Under the pieces are notes generated by a model, which saw nothing but the letters and a program-made list of their open reading frames with translations, was not told where the DNA came from and ran no database searches. The position numbers and the translations under genes are program-made. From assembly GCA_964550955.1 (NCBI GenBank), contig CAZKAF010000001.1:568126-632125 (forward strand): DNA of 64,000 bases, given 5' to 3'. Of this stretch, positions 19,445-29,552 are shown in pieces. The DNA is from an uncultured Candidatus Saccharibacteria bacterium (GTDB lineage Bacteria; Patescibacteriota; Minisyncoccia; Phycocordibacterales; CAIZLB01). Position 1 is the stretch's first letter, and each line of letters starts with the position of its first letter.

Positions 19445-20059
19445 TTATTCGCCGAATATCCCTTCAAGGTCAGGCGCATAAACTATCTGCTCCTGGACCA
19501 ATTTGTAATCGATCAATTCCTCCTTTGAGAACCAGTGAGCGATTTCGTCATCCGCCTCCCGGACAGAACCTGACGCGTGAACGAGATTGCGAATGGACCG
19601 ATCGTCAGTCTCGGACATTTGATACGAGTCCAATACGAAGTCTCCCCGTATCGTTCCGACATCGGACGTGAGAGGCTCGGTTCCGCCTGTTATCTTTCGC
19701 ACTACCTTGACGGCATGCGCCCCTTGCCAAACCATGGCTATGACCGGACCGCTCGTAAGATACTTGGCCAGGCGCCCGAGTATCTTGTTGGCTATTTCTA
19801 TCGGATCGTTCGAAGGCGGAGTCTGGCCCTTATCTACAAAGCCCCTGATGCTCTTCTCCCCGACGGCCTGCATCCACCCCGGATCAAGCGTGTAGTGCCT
19901 TTTCACCATCTCATCGGTCGGAACCATCAGCTTGAGCCCTATGAGCTTCAGGCCGATCCGCTCATATCTTTGGATAATTTCTCCGACAAGCGTTCTCTGG
20001 ATGCCGTCAGGCTTGATAATGACCAATGTCCGCTCATGCTTATGGTGTAGATTTGTCAT
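19445..20059 (-). CDS. ndk: nucleoside diphosphate kinase with insertion and C-terminal extension
   Basis: ERTLVIIKPDGIQR, GTIRGDF, NLVHASGS (catalytic His). 204 aa against the usual ~140. Confidence 0.85.
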   Translation of the reverse strand: MTNLHHKHERTLVIIKPDGIQRTLVGEIIQRYERIGLKLIGLKLMVPTDEMVKRHYTLDPGWMQAVGEKSIRGFVDKGQTPPSNDPIEIANKILGRLAKYLTSGPVIAMVWQGAHAVKVVRKITGGTEPLTSDVGTIRGDFVLDSYQMSETDDRSIRNLVHASGSVREADDEIAHWFSKEELIDYKLVQEQIVYAPDLEGIFGE

Positions 20060-20116
20060 GCCTGAATCATATCATATCCCGCATTCAAGCCTGAAAATCA
20101 ATAAGGCACGGCTAAT

Positions 20117-23047
20117 TTAGATGCCAAACTTCGAAGTAGGCCGCGGAGGCACGGGAGGAATGGGCTCCTTCTTGTACTTTTCCATTATGAGACCCTCGAC
20201 AATGTCGCGGTTCTGTCCGTACTTGAGATATGAAAGCTCCTTGAGATTTTCAGCCACCTTCTCATTGCCCCTGGGCGGCCATGTGAATTCGATATTGAAA
20301 GGACGAGTCGGCTTTCCTGCGGCGAGCATCTTCATGTAGCAGTTCATGTTGTCTATGTTCATGATGTCATTGGCGGTAAAGACGGGCTCGAATTGCTTCT
20401 CCAGGAATTCGGCGTCCTCCGCTCCGACGCGGAACACCGCCATGTTTCCGACGTTGCCGAACACGGCATCTTTTATGCCGTCATCGAGCTGGGCGACGAA
20501 CTGATGCGCCATGGTCAGCGAGAGCTTGTATTTTCGAGCTTCCGAAAGGATGGTTCCGATGGACGGAGTGGTAATATTTTGAAATTCATCGATATACAGA
20601 TAGAAAGGATTCATGTCCCTGCCGAACGAATCGACTCTCGAGAGCGCGGCCATCAGGATTTTTCCGACGAGAATGAGCCCGATGAGCGATGAGTTGATGT
20701 CGCCGAGGCGGCCCTTGGCAAGATTCACGAGCAGAATCTTCTTGTTGTCCATGATTTCCCTGAAATTGAAGCTCGACCGTTCCTGAGCGATAATCGGCCG
20801 CATGATGTCGTTCGCCAGGAATACGTCGAACTTGCTCGTGATGTACGGCACCATGTTCTGAAGAGCGCCTTCCCCGCCGGCCTTTTCGGCTATCTCCTTC
20901 CAGAACTGAACGACGACCGGGTTCTTGCACCGAGCCAGCTTCATGTCCCTGAAGCTCTTGACCGCCATCACCCTCGAGACGTCGAGCAGCGTCGAACCGC
21001 TCTCCGGGTCCTCGATCACGAGCATCGTGGCGTTTCTGAAGTACTGCTCGAACATCGGACCCATCGATTCCGGATTGCCCCCGTACAGCTTCTGGAAGAT
21101 GCTGAACAGCTCGTTTACGACGAACGTCTTCTGTTCCGGATAATCCTTGTTGTATTCGAGCATGTTCAATGCCATCGGCCGCTCGGTGTGACTCGGATCG
21201 AAATAGATGACGTCCTCGTATCGTTCTTTCGGAATCTGGGCGAGAATGTCCTGCACGTCCGACCCGTGCGGATCGATGAAGCAGACGCCGTCGCCGTTCC
21301 GTATGTCCTGAAGGATCATGTTTCGAAGCATCGTGGACTTTCCGGTTCCCGTCTGGCCTATCGCGTAGAAATGCCGGAGCCTGTCTTCCGGAGCCAAGAA
21401 TATGTCCGTTTCGGCGTTTCGATGCTTGTTCTTGCCGAGATACAGGTTCGGCCGGCCATCGTGATTCATCGCGTTCGGCAAGCCGAGCGGGGCCGGAGCG
21501 CTGCCCGCCTTCGACTGCTTGAGCTGATGGGCGCCGACGATGCTGTCCGTCGGAAAATGCATCAGCGTCGTAAGCTCGCGAATGGAAACCGGCAAGGCTT
21601 CGCTCTTCTTGAACATGCGGTACGAAAAGCTGTGAAGCATGTCGGCAAGCTCGAAGCCTTCCTTGCGGTCGAATCCGATCGCGTTTCCGAGAGAGTTTTC
21701 AAACTGATTGAACGACGACTCGATGCTTGAGACGATTTCCTCGGCACGGCTTCGATTGCCCGCCGAAGCGACAATTCGAACGTTGGTCTCAACGATGGGA
21801 GTAGAAAGCTTTGCGGTAATCTGCTCGACGGCAATAGCATCGACGACTTTGGGCTTGTCGTCCTTCTTGTCGGAATCCTTTGAGCTTGAAGTCATCTCCT
21901 TGATGGCTTCCTTGCCGACCTCCTTGAAAGATTTCGTGAAATTTCCCCAAAGGCTGTGCCGAATGTCCGTGGCTTTCTTGACCGACTCGCCCTTTTGGAT
22001 TTCATCCAAAGATTCCTTGTACAGCTTCGTGTAGTACTCTCCGACGGCATTGAACACTATCTGGACCGACGCCCCTTCCCCGTCTTTCGTCAGCTTGGAA
22101 AGGGCGTTCAGGATGATGTTTAACGGATCATAATCGAACTGATCATATGTCTTGATTGGGAAAATTTCCCTTCTGACCTGCTTGGCGACCGAGCCGACCG
22201 AGACGCCGTCTTCATTGAAAATATTGTAATCGTCTTTTTTCTCGGCAATCTTGGCATTCGGGAAAATGGAAAGGAACTGCTTTTCGAACAGGCCCCTTTT
22301 GTCATCGGGAACTGATACGTAGAAGACGAACTCGTCTCCCCCGTTTGCCACGGCAAGCTCGATGGCGAACTGGCCGGTCGAATCGTCCTGGCTCGAATTC
22401 GACACTGAGAGCATGCCCGAGTAGAACTGCTCCATCGAAGACAGAAGCTCTTTCAGGCTCTTCTTTTGCTCATTCTTGTCGCTTTTGGTTTCCGACAAGG
22501 CAACCTCGAAGAGAGTTCTTCGGAGAGCCTGAATCTCAGGGATGCTTTCCTTCAAGCCGACGACGGGCAAGCCTTTTTTAAGGAATTCGACCAAGAACCG
22601 ATGGAAATCGTCGTCTATGTGCGGATTATTGAACCCTCGCGCAACCTGAATTGCATTGAGCACGCCCTTCTCCTGCATGAGAGCCAGAAGCTCTTCCATC
22701 TTCCTGTCATGCTGTTCCGGCGAAAGCTCGAGTATGATTTCCCATTGCTCCTGAGGCGAAGCCTTGAAGCTCTCATGGAGCACCCTGTCGGCATTTTGCT
22801 TGCTATAGTGCGAGAGCTCGTCGGAGATAATTTGCTCGCGCTCGTACTTCTCGCCAACCGATTCGACGCCCGCTTCAGGGCCGAGGCCTTCTCTTTGCTG
22901 CAAATTCTGCTCGCGTTCCAAGACGACTTTTCTCAGGTATTGCAGCTCTTCTTCAACAGATGAAAATTGTCTGCCTTCATATTCACGACCTCTCTCAGTC
23001 GCGCCATTTTTTAAAGATTCTCTTCCCATGTAGGAACAGTATATCAA
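20117..23047 (-). CDS. TraD/TraG/VirD4-like P-loop ATPase (type IV coupling-protein-like) with a ~450 aa N-terminal extension
   Basis: Walker A GQTGTGKST, Walker B YLYIDEFQ, ARKYKLSLTMAHQFVAQL (typical of T4CP/TraG-D_C). No TM segments; coiled-coil N-terminus. Confidence 0.6.
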   Translation of the reverse strand: MIYCSYMGRESLKNGATERGREYEGRQFSSVEEELQYLRKVVLEREQNLQQREGLGPEAGVESVGEKYEREQIISDELSHYSKQNADRVLHESFKASPQEQWEIILELSPEQHDRKMEELLALMQEKGVLNAIQVARGFNNPHIDDDFHRFLVEFLKKGLPVVGLKESIPEIQALRRTLFEVALSETKSDKNEQKKSLKELLSSMEQFYSGMLSVSNSSQDDSTGQFAIELAVANGGDEFVFYVSVPDDKRGLFEKQFLSIFPNAKIAEKKDDYNIFNEDGVSVGSVAKQVRREIFPIKTYDQFDYDPLNIILNALSKLTKDGEGASVQIVFNAVGEYYTKLYKESLDEIQKGESVKKATDIRHSLWGNFTKSFKEVGKEAIKEMTSSSKDSDKKDDKPKVVDAIAVEQITAKLSTPIVETNVRIVASAGNRSRAEEIVSSIESSFNQFENSLGNAIGFDRKEGFELADMLHSFSYRMFKKSEALPVSIRELTTLMHFPTDSIVGAHQLKQSKAGSAPAPLGLPNAMNHDGRPNLYLGKNKHRNAETDIFLAPEDRLRHFYAIGQTGTGKSTMLRNMILQDIRNGDGVCFIDPHGSDVQDILAQIPKERYEDVIYFDPSHTERPMALNMLEYNKDYPEQKTFVVNELFSIFQKLYGGNPESMGPMFEQYFRNATMLVIEDPESGSTLLDVSRVMAVKSFRDMKLARCKNPVVVQFWKEIAEKAGGEGALQNMVPYITSKFDVFLANDIMRPIIAQERSSFNFREIMDNKKILLVNLAKGRLGDINSSLIGLILVGKILMAALSRVDSFGRDMNPFYLYIDEFQNITTPSIGTILSEARKYKLSLTMAHQFVAQLDDGIKDAVFGNVGNMAVFRVGAEDAEFLEKQFEPVFTANDIMNIDNMNCYMKMLAAGKPTRPFNIEFTWPPRGNEKVAENLKELSYLKYGQNRDIVEGLIMEKYKKEPIPPVPPRPTSKFGI

Positions 23048-23105
23048 AATTTTATTAAAAATTTATGCAGTTATATACCGCTGGCGAGGATTAGCCGCCG
23101 CTGAT

Positions 23106-23915
23106 TTACTGTGTCAAAATTTCCGCACCCTCTTCAGTGATGACAATGGTGTGCTCGAAATGCACGCTTCTTTTTTTATCTGTCGTTCTGAGCGTATATC
23201 CGTCCGAATCAAGGTATGTCTCGCCGCTCTTTTCATTGATAATCGGCTCGATGGCAATGACAACGCCGGGCTGAAGAACGGGACCTTGTCCCGGCTTTCC
23301 GAAGTTCGGGACGAAAGGGTCCTCATGCACCGAGAAGCCGACTCCGTGACCGCCAAGGTACTCCGCCATGCTGAAGCCGTATGTTTTTTTGTAGTATGCA
23401 AAAGACTTGTCGATAGCCGCTCCCACGTCGCCCGTCTTGATTCCATTCGGAAAATCCTGCTTCCAGTTTTTGCACGCTTCAATGGCGGCGGCCAGCGCTT
23501 CCTTCCCCGCCTGCAGCAGCTTCCGGCCCCTTTCATCCGTCTTGTCTTCGCCGCCGGCAGAAACCGTTATGGCGCTGTCCACGATTCTGCCATTGTATGA
23601 AATGCCCATGTCGAGTACTACAAGGTCGCCGTCCTTTATGGCAAACGGCTTCTCATTGGGAATGCCATGGACAACCGCATCATTGACCGACAGGCAAAGC
23701 GCCGCCGGGAAAGGCCGGTCCGCGCCATACGGCTTATATCCCAAAAAGGCGGGCGTCGCGCCGGCTTCGGCCGTCAGCTTGCGAGCCAGATTTTCAAGCT
23801 CCAGAGAGGAAACGCCGCCAACGGTTGCCTCCTTTAAAGCTTTCAAAATGGAAGCCAGAATGGCGCCGCCCTGCCGCAGCGTATCGATGTCCTGCCTTGT
23901 CTTGAGCTGAATCAT
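23106..23915 (-). CDS. map: methionine aminopeptidase type I
   Basis: CLSVNDAVVHGIP, DLVVLDMG, GHGVGFSVHEDP, IAIEP metal ligand motifs. Confidence 0.9.
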   Translation of the reverse strand: MIQLKTRQDIDTLRQGGAILASILKALKEATVGGVSSLELENLARKLTAEAGATPAFLGYKPYGADRPFPAALCLSVNDAVVHGIPNEKPFAIKDGDLVVLDMGISYNGRIVDSAITVSAGGEDKTDERGRKLLQAGKEALAAAIEACKNWKQDFPNGIKTGDVGAAIDKSFAYYKKTYGFSMAEYLGGHGVGFSVHEDPFVPNFGKPGQGPVLQPGVVIAIEPIINEKSGETYLDSDGYTLRTTDKKRSVHFEHTIVITEEGAEILTQ

Positions 23916-23960
23916 AATAGGGCTACTCTACACCAAAAAAGGCCGCTTTGCCAACGCATC

Positions 23961-24569
23961 TTACCAGCACAATTGCCTCAGGATATCGTTAGTGACTTTC
24001 TCAATGGTCTGCTCGCCGTTCACGTGCACGAAATTATATCCAGGATGCGCCGCGAAGTATTTGACGGCGGGATACACGTCGGTATCGAACCAATTCAGCC
24101 GGCGCTCGACGCTTTCATCGTCCATGTCATCGGCCCGTCCCTCTTCGACGGCCCGTCCCTTGAGCCTTTCCTTCGACCACTCCTTTGAAACGTCTATGTA
24201 TATGACCGTCGGCTTTTCCCTGCCATAGAAAGTGATGGCGGAATCGAAGACCAGCGCTTCCTCGTAAGACCTCGGCATGCCGTCCACTATGAGATGCTCG
24301 CTGCCTGTCATTTCTTCTATGAGCACATGGGCCCAATTCCAAACTGCAAGAAAGTCAGGCTGCCTCTTGCCCGTCTCGGCGATGCGGGACGCCAATTTAT
24401 TTGAGTAGCCTGATCCTTTTATGAACTCCCTGAATCGGGCGCCCGTTTCAAGATACATGATCTGCTTTTTGTCCGGATCCGTCTTTTCAACCGCTTCCCT
24501 GACGAACTTGACCTGCGTTCCCTTGCCCGACCCGGATCGCCCTATGAAGATGAATGTTTTGGGAGACAT
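23961..24569 (-). CDS. adk: adenylate kinase
   Basis: P-loop IGRSGSGKGTQ, NMP-binding and LID regions; start at MSPKTF. Confidence 0.8.
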   Translation of the reverse strand: MSPKTFIFIGRSGSGKGTQVKFVREAVEKTDPDKKQIMYLETGARFREFIKGSGYSNKLASRIAETGKRQPDFLAVWNWAHVLIEEMTGSEHLIVDGMPRSYEEALVFDSAITFYGREKPTVIYIDVSKEWSKERLKGRAVEEGRADDMDDESVERRLNWFDTDVYPAVKYFAAHPGYNFVHVNGEQTIEKVTNDILRQLCW

Positions 24570-24858
24570 ATGTTGAGATTGAACTGGCACATATAGTATA
24601 TACCCTCTCCGATTTTTTATGCGAAGGATATTCACAAATAAAAAAGCGCCTTCTTCGAAATCAATCGAGGAAGGCGCCGAACCGATGAGCGATTTGCTCA
24701 TGACTACTTCGTCTTGGCCGTCGTCGGCCGTCTGGTAGGCCGAGGCGGGCTCAGGCCTTTCGATCCAGCAAGGGTGGCCATAACACAATCTCCTTTCTAT
24801 CTTTATTTGTTTGAATCTCGATCATTGCCTGACCAGTCGACCTGGTCGCGGCCTAATC

Positions 24859-24955
24859 GGACGCGGCGGACTTACGCCCTTTGAACCGGCACCGATCGCA
24901 TTTCTAACAGGACGCGGAGGATCGAGTCCTTTTGATCCAGCTGTAACAGACATGC
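24859..24955. repeat. 2 x ~51 bp imperfect tandem direct repeat
   Basis: ggacgcggNgga...cctttga/ttttga...taaca units starting at 24859 and 24910. Intergenic, between the radical SAM stop and the adk start. Confidence 0.5.
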
Positions 24956-24968
24956 ATGCACTTCCTTT

Positions 24969-26009
24969 CTACGTGTTTGGTATTTCTACAATCGTCGGAA
25001 TTCCTTCCCAGATTTCTTTTTCCTCAAGTGCCAGTTGAAACACCTTTTGAAAATAGACCTCTGGAATGCCATCCAACGAAACTCTTCCGGTCCCCTCAAC
25101 GGTAACGAGGCCTCCGGTCCAAATCATCTCTGCCTCCCGATACAGGCTGATGCTTGGCGGTCGGTAGAGCAGATGAGACCCGTTGATATCCGTGCAAAGT
25201 CCGTCACCTGCGGAATCCAAACGCCAGACATGCTCCTTGAGCAGCGGCTTAAGAATCCGAACGTGTTCGGGATCGTACAAGTTGATAAGCTTTGGAACGC
25301 CAGAAACCAGGGTTTCGAAATACTCGATGAGCTGATCGGGCGTCCTGATAGAGGACACCTCGCGAGCTTTCGTGGCTTCCATGTCCCAGACAAATGTCGA
25401 ACTCGACCGAACGTCATGTTCAGCCAGCAAGTCTTCGAACCTGTCCCAATCCTTCATGCTGAGCGGCCCGATGGCACTTGCCGCGATAGGATCGTAACCC
25501 TGACGCTTGAGTTCCATGACCGTGCCCCATGCCACATCGAATGATCCGGCTTTGTTTCTCTGCCTGTCATGGGACTCTCTCCAGCCATCTATCGAGATAT
25601 TGATATACTCATAATCCGCGAAGAATTCCGGATAATCCAAAATCCAATAGCCATTATCGATAGCGCCGAAAGAGTACGAATCTTTAGAAATCCGGCCATC
25701 TTTGCATGCCTGTTCGAGGCTTGCCATCAGGCCTCGGTAACAGGCTACGGCACGCTTGCTCATGATTCTTCCCGCATAGACAATATGCAAAAGGTCGTCT
25801 TGGGTCGCTTGAGCCTCAACCATTCCCACAATCCGCTGATGCGAAGAGGAGAAATCGACGGGACCCTGCACCAAATCGTGCTTCCAATAGCAATGCTCGC
25901 ATGCCAAATTACATTTTGCCTCAGGAGTCAGAACGATCCTGACCACTTCTATTGGCCGAGAGGTCAGGCTCCCTGAAAGCCATGCCCCGATCGCCTCAAA
26001 TCTTTTCAT
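24969..26009 (-). CDS. radical SAM enzyme of unknown function
   Basis: CNLACEHCYW (Cx3Cx2C) near the N-terminus. No obvious SPASM Cys cluster. Confidence 0.75.
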   Translation of the reverse strand: MKRFEAIGAWLSGSLTSRPIEVVRIVLTPEAKCNLACEHCYWKHDLVQGPVDFSSSHQRIVGMVEAQATQDDLLHIVYAGRIMSKRAVACYRGLMASLEQACKDGRISKDSYSFGAIDNGYWILDYPEFFADYEYINISIDGWRESHDRQRNKAGSFDVAWGTVMELKRQGYDPIAASAIGPLSMKDWDRFEDLLAEHDVRSSSTFVWDMEATKAREVSSIRTPDQLIEYFETLVSGVPKLINLYDPEHVRILKPLLKEHVWRLDSAGDGLCTDINGSHLLYRPPSISLYREAEMIWTGGLVTVEGTGRVSLDGIPEVYFQKVFQLALEEKEIWEGIPTIVEIPNT

Positions 26010-26235
26010 ATTAGGAACCTCGTGTTTTTTAAGGAACTATTCGGCAGAGCCGGCCACCTGTCCAGAAAGCAGAATGCCTGCTGGTATGGCCATGACAAAG
26101 TACCTCTGTCTAGGTACATTTCAAAGAATTTGATACCAACCATGTCAGTATATGGCCATATATAATGATAAAAACAGGCATGGATTGATTTATCAAAAAT
26201 ATTGACTATTTATGCAGCAGGGGTAGGATATAAGT

Positions 26236-26988
26236 ATGCAAAAATTAGAAAGCGCAGATTTGGCAAAATCCCTTGAGAAAATAAGCCTGAACCAAAAACA
26301 AGCCCTTATTTACCTTGCTCTTTTAGAGCTTGGACCAAGCCCTGTCAGGGCAATCAGCCTGCTTGCCGGGCTGAAAACCCCTACAACGTATGTAATTCTC
26401 GACGAACTCAGGCAGATGGACGCCGTTCTCTTCCACCCCAACTCAAAGAAAAAGCTGTATTCGGCAAAAAATCCCGAAGCCTTGTTCAGCGAGGCAAAAG
26501 CCAGACTGAGGTCCGCCCTCCGGGATCTCCCTGCCCTCATGGCGCTAGGCAGAAAAAGCCAGCCTGAAACCCTGGTCACATATTTCGAAGGAGCCGAAGG
26601 ATACGAGCAAGCGATGCGATACAAGGAGGACGAGATTCCCGATGATTCAGAATTGCTCAGCTATTTTGCTTCCGCAGAAAACGTGAATCCTTTAACCCTG
26701 CCTTTTGTCGACAGATATCTTAAGAGTCTCAAAGATAAGAATGTCTCGATTAGGGCATTCGCGCCGAATCACCCGACGCTTGAGGGATACAGAAGCAAGG
26801 ACAAGGCGTTTTATCATAACGTAAAGGTCCTCCCGACTGAAATCTATTCAGCAGCTTCATCCATAGAAATCAGCGAGAAACTCGTTAAGTTCACCCTCTT
26901 CAAGGAAGACATGTATGTCGTCATCGACAATGCCGAGATTGCCAAAGTAATGCGGGAAATATTCGAGATGAACTGGAGCAAATACTAA
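26236..26988 (+). CDS. TrmB-like HTH transcriptional regulator (paralog 2)
   Basis: LNQKQALIYLALLELGPSPVRAIS HTH. Same architecture and length as 16424 and 28806. Upstream TTGACT -35 and TATATAAT elements. Confidence 0.65.
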   Translation: MQKLESADLAKSLEKISLNQKQALIYLALLELGPSPVRAISLLAGLKTPTTYVILDELRQMDAVLFHPNSKKKLYSAKNPEALFSEAKARLRSALRDLPALMALGRKSQPETLVTYFEGAEGYEQAMRYKEDEIPDDSELLSYFASAENVNPLTLPFVDRYLKSLKDKNVSIRAFAPNHPTLEGYRSKDKAFYHNVKVLPTEIYSAASSIEISEKLVKFTLFKEDMYVVIDNAEIAKVMREIFEMNWSKY

Positions 26989-27319
26989 TTCCCGCCCGGC
27001 AGCAGAATATGTACGGCCCTCGCTGATTAGACGAGGGCCGACAAGGAGAGCTCAATTGAAATGATGTCTCGGGAATTTCCTACGGCCGGCATGCGGCCAT
27101 CTGCTTCCCCGTATAAGCGCCTTCATCTCGCGAAGGCTTGCCGCCCGACGAATGCGGCGGGTCAGCTCATCCAAATAAGCTTTCCTCTCGACCAGCGTGA
27201 GGTGCTGGCTCAGGACTGCCAAGGTACTCATGCTCATGTTTTTTGAATTCAGGGTTCAGCTTCGGTCCGGGTCGAAATCTGATTAAAGTATACGCTGAAA
27301 TCCTGCTACAATACAGGCG

Positions 27320-27610
27320 ATGCCGAAGCCTACCCACAAGAAGCTCACCAGGAGCCATACGAGCGCCATAGAAAAAGCGCAGGAAGTCATCGCCCTCATC
27401 CAAAGGCTGCCTCAGGTGACAAAGATATCCCTGGGAATCATCAAGCACATAGGAGTCGGCAAACCGACCGTCAAATTCCATGACATAACCGGCGGGTTCA
27501 AGGCCGTCATACGAGGCAACATATCGATACAGGAAATATGGGTGTATCTTGATGATCCGGAATCCGGAGAACATGTCGAGAAATCGATAAGAAAGCTCTT
27601 CAAGAAATGA
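27320..27610 (+). CDS. hypothetical small protein
   Basis: Extended -10 TGcTACAAT ends 7 nt before the ATG (leaderless). The antisense ORF 27167-27715 has aberrant composition. Confidence 0.45.
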   Translation: MPKPTHKKLTRSHTSAIEKAQEVIALIQRLPQVTKISLGIIKHIGVGKPTVKFHDITGGFKAVIRGNISIQEIWVYLDDPESGEHVEKSIRKLFKK

Positions 27611-27739
27611 CGGGCCGGGAAGTCTTTGCTCGAGCAAAGATAATCTCATCACCATTCGCATGAATACGGGCCAAAAAAATGGCTGGTACCTCAGGACGAA
27701 GTACCAGCCATTCAATAATCCGCGATTCGCGCATGCAGC

Positions 27740-28699
27740 CTACGAAAAGCTGACCGTAAGCCCGACATGCGCAAGACCGGCAAACCCCCTGCTCCTGACA
27801 AGATCCGATGCCTCGTCCGACGGCAAGCCGTCGCGCACCCATTCGTCGCCGTAATGAATGAGCCACATTCTTGACTTGACGGAACCGTCGAGGGAACTCA
27901 ATTCATCGAACGACGCGTGGACAGGGCTTTTTCCGGAAGCGACGTCATGGAAAAAGATTTCCGCCTGGTCGGCATACTGATTGACGAGGTCAGGATCGAA
28001 CCGGGTATCCCCGGAAATCCAAACCTTGCCATCAACCAGCAATCCGGTAGCCCAAGCCGAATCGGCCCATCCCTTGGAATTTGCCGGGGTGTGCGCAACA
28101 CGAAAAGCCTCTATCTTCAGCTCTCCGATTTCGAACGACCTGCATCTTCCGTCCGGCGAGACAGAAACGGGAGGAACGACGTCATACCACAAGCTCGGCA
28201 AGGCCTCTCTTGGGTCTGCGCAATCGTGCGTTCCCAGGTCTCCCATGAGCGAAGCGTCCCAAAGCAGGCCGGCCCATTCAGGGTCGCTAAGGAGCGACAT
28301 CTTCTTTTTCGCCTTCGTGCCCGGCAAATACCGGGCGTGCACGACGAGCTTAGGGAAGCCGGCAACGTGGTCCGCATGAGAATGCGTCAGGTATGAGGCA
28401 TTGACATCGCTCAGGTTCACCCCGAAGGCTGTCAATGATCCCGGAACCGAAGGGCCGCAGTCGACGAGCAGATGATCGTCTCCTTTTACCGCGAGATAGC
28501 TCGTGTTGCCATGACCGCTTGAAATCATGGAACCGGTCCCGAGACAATGAATCTCGAGGCTGCCGGAATTGGTCAGATTCAGGCGCGTTGACGCCGAAAT
28601 GACAAGGGATGATTCCGTCTTCCTCTCTGTAGGTGTTTTCATAGAACAATATGGTTGGTTTTTGGCTGGTTTCTGGAAAAACTGATTTCTGAATATCAA
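27740..28699 (-). CDS. MBL-fold metallo-hydrolase, RNase Z/ElaC-like
   Basis: LGTGSMISSGHGNTSY...LLVDCGPS, SYLTHSHADHVAGFPKL (HxHxDH). Confidence 0.55.
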   Translation of the reverse strand: MIFRNQFFQKPAKNQPYCSMKTPTERKTESSLVISASTRLNLTNSGSLEIHCLGTGSMISSGHGNTSYLAVKGDDHLLVDCGPSVPGSLTAFGVNLSDVNASYLTHSHADHVAGFPKLVVHARYLPGTKAKKKMSLLSDPEWAGLLWDASLMGDLGTHDCADPREALPSLWYDVVPPVSVSPDGRCRSFEIGELKIEAFRVAHTPANSKGWADSAWATGLLVDGKVWISGDTRFDPDLVNQYADQAEIFFHDVASGKSPVHASFDELSSLDGSVKSRMWLIHYGDEWVRDGLPSDEASDLVRSRGFAGLAHVGLTVSFS

Positions 28700-28805
28700 C
28701 TATCTGGCTACAATACTACTCTCGGGATTTAAATCAACAACATATCTTGTCTAACTTTTCGTCAAAAAATATTGAGTTTCATGCCGAAGGGCGTACAATA
28801 AAGGC

Positions 28806-29552
28806 ATGACAAATCTGACTGAATTGCTTCAAAAGAGCGGGATGTCCGAAAAGGAATCAAAGATATACCTCGCCTGCCTGGAGCTCGGCGAAGCGACCGT
28901 GAAGGAGATATCGAAAAAATCCGGAGTGGTGCGCACTTCCCTGTACTACATGATAGAGCGGCTGACTCGGGAAGGCTTCATCATCGAAACAAAGAAAGGC
29001 AAGAAGTCGCACTTCGCCGCCTGCACCCCGTCGAGCTTGGCGCTGAAGCTCCGCCAAAGGCTTCGCGAATTCGAATCGCATCTCGGAGAGCTGGAAGCCA
29101 TGAAAGGCAGCCTGTTCAAAAAGCCCAGGATGTATTTTTTGCATGGCCAGAACGGATTCAAGGAGGTTTGGAACATCATATTCAAATCAGATCCGAGGGA
29201 ATATTCGATCATCACGGAGGGCTTGAATTTTCTGGATTACGTGAAGACGAAGTATATCGTTTCCGAGATAATTTCGCAGAAAAAGAAGCTCGGCGTGAGA
29301 AGCAAGCAGATAATCGTCGATTCAACATATGCCCGGGAACACATACTGCCCAAGGACAGGATGGAAAATAGAAAAAGCCGCCTGCTGCCGCTTGGCACGA
29401 GGCTGGCTTTCACTGAGATCATCTGCCCGAATCTTGTCGCCTACATTTCTCCCAAATACAACGACAGCATTTTCATTATCGAAGATTCTGCGTTTGCCGA
29501 AACAAGGAAGGTCCTATTTGACCAGATTTGGTACGGCCTTCCCCAGGACTAG
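28806..29552 (+). CDS. TrmB-like HTH transcriptional regulator (paralog 3)
   Basis: MSEKESKIYLACLELGEATVKEISKKSGVVRTSLYYMIERL; TACAAT sits 6 nt before the ATG. Confidence 0.65.
   Translation: MTNLTELLQKSGMSEKESKIYLACLELGEATVKEISKKSGVVRTSLYYMIERLTREGFIIETKKGKKSHFAACTPSSLALKLRQRLREFESHLGELEAMKGSLFKKPRMYFLHGQNGFKEVWNIIFKSDPREYSIITEGLNFLDYVKTKYIVSEIISQKKKLGVRSKQIIVDSTYAREHILPKDRMENRKSRLLPLGTRLAFTEIICPNLVAYISPKYNDSIFIIEDSAFAETRKVLFDQIWYGLPQD

Noticed and set aside
24880-24935. tRNA-like T-loop motif GGATCGAGTCC in the repeat upstream of adk.
   Set aside because: Could not build a 7-bp acceptor stem or D/anticodon arms; A54 instead of T54. It is part of a tandem repeat, not a tRNA.
27167-27715. 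182-aa minus-strand ORF.
   Set aside because: Tyr/Phe/Arg-rich implausible sequence; the overlapping plus-strand 96-aa ORF has a leaderless promoter configuration.
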